Positions 61,408 through 64,000 of a DNA stretch of 64,000 nucleotides are shown piece after piece. The stretch covers positions 1,254 through 65,253 of the forward strand of contig CAXBPH010000004.1 in NCBI GenBank assembly GCA_963977445.1, in the 5' to 3' direction. The number at the start of each line of letters is the position of its first letter. Positions within the stretch are counted from its first letter, which is position 1. The position numbers and the translations under genes were made by a program. Source of the DNA: an uncultured bacterium (GTDB lineage: Bacteria; Hydrogenedentota; Hydrogenedentia; Hydrogenedentales; JAEUWI01). The notes under the pieces were generated by a model. It did not search any database and was not told where the DNA came from. It was given only the letters and a program-made list of their open reading frames with translations.

Positions 61408-63951
61408 TTATTCGTCGGTGGCTTCTTCCGCGCCATCGTCGACCTGCTCATCGGTAGCTACGCTGGTATCGGTATCACCGGCCTCCGCCGCAGCTTCGTC
61501 CGCCATTTCGTCTTCTTTTTCTTCGGCCACGGCTTTCGCTACGGCACTGACCTTGGCCCCGGCCTGGGGCTTCATGACCGTCACCCCCTGGGTGTTGCGG
61601 CCAATGGTGCGGATGTCTTTAACCGAGGTGCGGATGACAATACCGTCTGTAGCGACCAGTACCAGTTCGTCCACATCGTCCACCGTCATCATGCTGACCA
61701 CGTTGCCATTGCGTTCCGTGGTCTTAATGTTGATGATGCCCGAGCCGCCCCGGTGTTGCAGGCGATATTCGCCGACCTTCGTGCGCTTTCCGAAGCCGTG
61801 CTCCGTCACGCTCAACACCGTGCGTTCATCCTGGGCCAGTGACATGCCGACCACGTAATCTTCTTCGGTCAAACGTATACCGATAACGCCGCGGGCCGTA
61901 CGTCCCATGGGGCGTGCGTCTTTTTCCGGGAATCGAATGGCCATGCCTTTGTAGGTGGCAATCAGCACATTGTCGTTACCCGACGTAAGCTGCACGTCAA
62001 TCAGTTCGTCACCCTTATTCAAATCGAGGGCGATAATACCTGTCGTGCGGGGATTGCTGTAGGCTTTCAGCGAGGTCTTTTTCACCGTGCCCTGACGGGT
62101 AACCATGAATACGAAGAGATTTTCATCCTGGAGATCGCGCACGGGGAGGAAGGTCGTTACAACCTCTTCACCGCCGAGATTCAACAGGTTGACCATGGCC
62201 CGGCCACGGGCCGTGCGGCTCATCTTGGGTAGTTCATGGACCTTACGCCAGTAGACCCGACCCAGGTTGGTAAAGAACAACATGTATTGGTGGGCCGAAG
62301 CGATGAAGAGGTCCTTGACGAAATCTTCGTCTTTCGTGTCCATGCCGGAAATACCACGACCACCGCGCTTTTGTTTGCGATAGGTGCTCACGGGCAGGCG
62401 CTTGATATAACCCTGATTCGATACGGTCACCACCATGTGCTCGTCGGCGATGAGGTCTTCAATATTGAATTCCCCTTCGTCTTCCACGATATCGGTGCGT
62501 CGTTCGTCACCGTGCTTGTCCCGCACGGCGGTGATTTCTTCGCGCACGACCGCCAGGATATTCTTCGTGCTGGAAAGAATCGTGCGATAGCCCTCAATTT
62601 CCTTGAGCAGCGCCGCATATTCTGCTTCCAGCTCTTCCCGTTCCAGGCCGGTCAGGCGACGGAGACGCATGGCCAGAATAGCATTGGCCTGAAGAATGGA
62701 GAATTCGAAGCGTTCGATAAGGCGGTCACGGGCTTCGTCGGAATCTTTGGACGCCCGAATGATCTTGATGATTTCATCGATGTTGTCGATGGCCTTAAGC
62801 AGCCCTTCGAGAATGTGCGCGCGGGCCTCTGCTTTATCCAGGAGGAAGCGGGTACGACGTTCCACAATCTCAGCGCGGTGCTCAATATAGTAGTGAATCA
62901 TTTCCGCCAGGTTGAGCACCTTGGGCGTATTGTTCACCAGCGAAAGGAAAATAATACTTGCCGTGGATTGCAACTGGGTGTGCTTGTAGAGCTGGTTTAA
63001 GACCACCTCCGGCTCTTCACCCTTGCGCAATTCGATGACGACACGCATCCCGTCCTTATCGGACTCGTCCCGCAGATCGGTAATGCCTTCCACCGTCTTG
63101 CTGCGCACCAGGTCGGCGATAGATTCAATCAGCCGAAGTTTATTTACCTGGTAAGGGATTTCCTGAATGATAATACTCTGCTTACCATTGCCGCCTTCAC
63201 GTTTTGATTCAACGGCGACCCGGCCACGGACCCTGACCCGACCCCGACCCGTGCGGTAGGCATCTTTGATGCCCTTACGGCCCAGGATCACGCCACCGGT
63301 CGGAAAGTCAGGACCCGAAACATACTTCATGAGGTCATCGGGTGTTGCCTCGGGATTGTCGATGCGGTGGATGACCGCATTACACACTTCCGTGAGGTTG
63401 TGGGGCGGACAACTCGTGGCCATACCCACGGCAATACCATAGGAGCCATTGACCAGCAGGTTGGGATAGGCCGAAGGGAGCACGGTTGGCTCCATAAGGC
63501 GATCATCGAAGGTCGGCTGCATGTCGACCGTCTCTTTGTCCAGATCAGACAGCAACTGGGCCGTGATGGATTCCATCCGGGCTTCCGTATACCGGTAAGC
63601 TGCCGCGTTGTCGCCGTCGATGGAACCGAAGTTACCCTGGCTGTCTACCAGCGGGTAGCGCATGTTCCAGGGCTGGGCCATGCGGACCAGCGCGTCATAC
63701 ACCGAAGAGTCGCCGTGGGGGTGATATTTACCCAGGGCTTCACCAACAATGTTGGCGCACTTACGAAAGGCGCGGCCTTTGGTGAGGCTCAGTTCCTGCA
63801 TCACGTAAAGAATGCGCCGGTGCACGGGCTTGAGTCCATCGCGCACGTCGGGCAGGGCCCGGCTCACGATAACGCTCATGGAATAATCCATGAACGAATT
63901 CTTCATTTCCTGCTCGATGGCTATCGGCTCAATTTTTTCTTCAGTACTCAT
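61408..63951 (-). CDS. gyrA: DNA gyrase subunit A
   Basis: 847 aa. Active-site and QRDR context '…AAYRYTEARM…', 'GDSSVYDALVRMAQ'. C-terminal beta-pinwheel region and an acidic tail. Confidence 0.95.
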   Translation of the reverse strand: MSTEEKIEPIAIEQEMKNSFMDYSMSVIVSRALPDVRDGLKPVHRRILYVMQELSLTKGRAFRKCANIVGEALGKYHPHGDSSVYDALVRMAQPWNMRYPLVDSQGNFGSIDGDNAAAYRYTEARMESITAQLLSDLDKETVDMQPTFDDRLMEPTVLPSAYPNLLVNGSYGIAVGMATSCPPHNLTEVCNAVIHRIDNPEATPDDLMKYVSGPDFPTGGVILGRKGIKDAYRTGRGRVRVRGRVAVESKREGGNGKQSIIIQEIPYQVNKLRLIESIADLVRSKTVEGITDLRDESDKDGMRVVIELRKGEEPEVVLNQLYKHTQLQSTASIIFLSLVNNTPKVLNLAEMIHYYIEHRAEIVERRTRFLLDKAEARAHILEGLLKAIDNIDEIIKIIRASKDSDEARDRLIERFEFSILQANAILAMRLRRLTGLEREELEAEYAALLKEIEGYRTILSSTKNILAVVREEITAVRDKHGDERRTDIVEDEGEFNIEDLIADEHMVVTVSNQGYIKRLPVSTYRKQKRGGRGISGMDTKDEDFVKDLFIASAHQYMLFFTNLGRVYWRKVHELPKMSRTARGRAMVNLLNLGGEEVVTTFLPVRDLQDENLFVFMVTRQGTVKKTSLKAYSNPRTTGIIALDLNKGDELIDVQLTSGNDNVLIATYKGMAIRFPEKDARPMGRTARGVIGIRLTEEDYVVGMSLAQDERTVLSVTEHGFGKRTKVGEYRLQHRGGSGIINIKTTERNGNVVSMMTVDDVDELVLVATDGIVIRTSVKDIRTIGRNTQGVTVMKPQAGAKVSAVAKAVAEEKEDEMADEAAAEAGDTDTSVATDEQVDDGAEEATDE

Positions 63952-64000
63952 TCCATGTCCTTACGGTCACGTTGCGCTGTACAAATAGCTATCCCAGCGA

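Overview
High-GC (~60%) bacterial chromosomal segment, most likely from a Planctomycetota-like organism. The basis is a DUF1559/prepilin-type 'H-X9-DG' protein, ELWxxDGT-repeat proteins, many Tat/lipoprotein signal peptides, secreted carbohydrate-active proteins and numerous Hanks-type Ser/Thr kinases. I see no rRNA, tRNA, CRISPR array, transposase or integrase.

Gene content from left to right:
- A surface-polysaccharide cluster: an O-antigen-ligase/TPR fusion that runs off the left edge, a GT4 glycosyltransferase and rmlC.
- A STAS (anti-sigma-antagonist) - Ser/Thr kinase - small protein operon.
- An orphan 72-aa double-glycine-leader peptide with its own RBS and terminator.
- Secreted hydrolases (an esterase, a beta-helix protein, two large GH-like proteins), arfB, an ankyrin lipoprotein and a DUF1559 pseudopilin-like protein.
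- A CarH-type B12 photoreceptor regulator next to idi.
- A CotH lipoprotein, a Tat-exported RidA, a PQQ-like propeller, and a glycosyltransferase cluster that includes a tandem double-GT4 gene with a disrupted second domain.
- htrA, a Tat-exported aldo/keto reductase, a MATE transporter, ugd and sdhCAB.
- Two tandemly duplicated 'receptor Ser/Thr kinase + secreted ELWxxDGT-repeat protein' gene pairs.
- A nine-gene co-directional envelope cluster: a Gly/Arg-tailed secreted protein, a MacAB-TolC-like tripartite ABC efflux system, and an ECF sigma / anti-sigma / LTXXQ module.
- gyrA.

Because of the high GC content there are many long antisense ORFs in the six-frame track; I judge them artefacts. 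The track translates GTG and TTG starts as M. Where coordinates are my own rather than the track's, they may be off by 1-3 nt.
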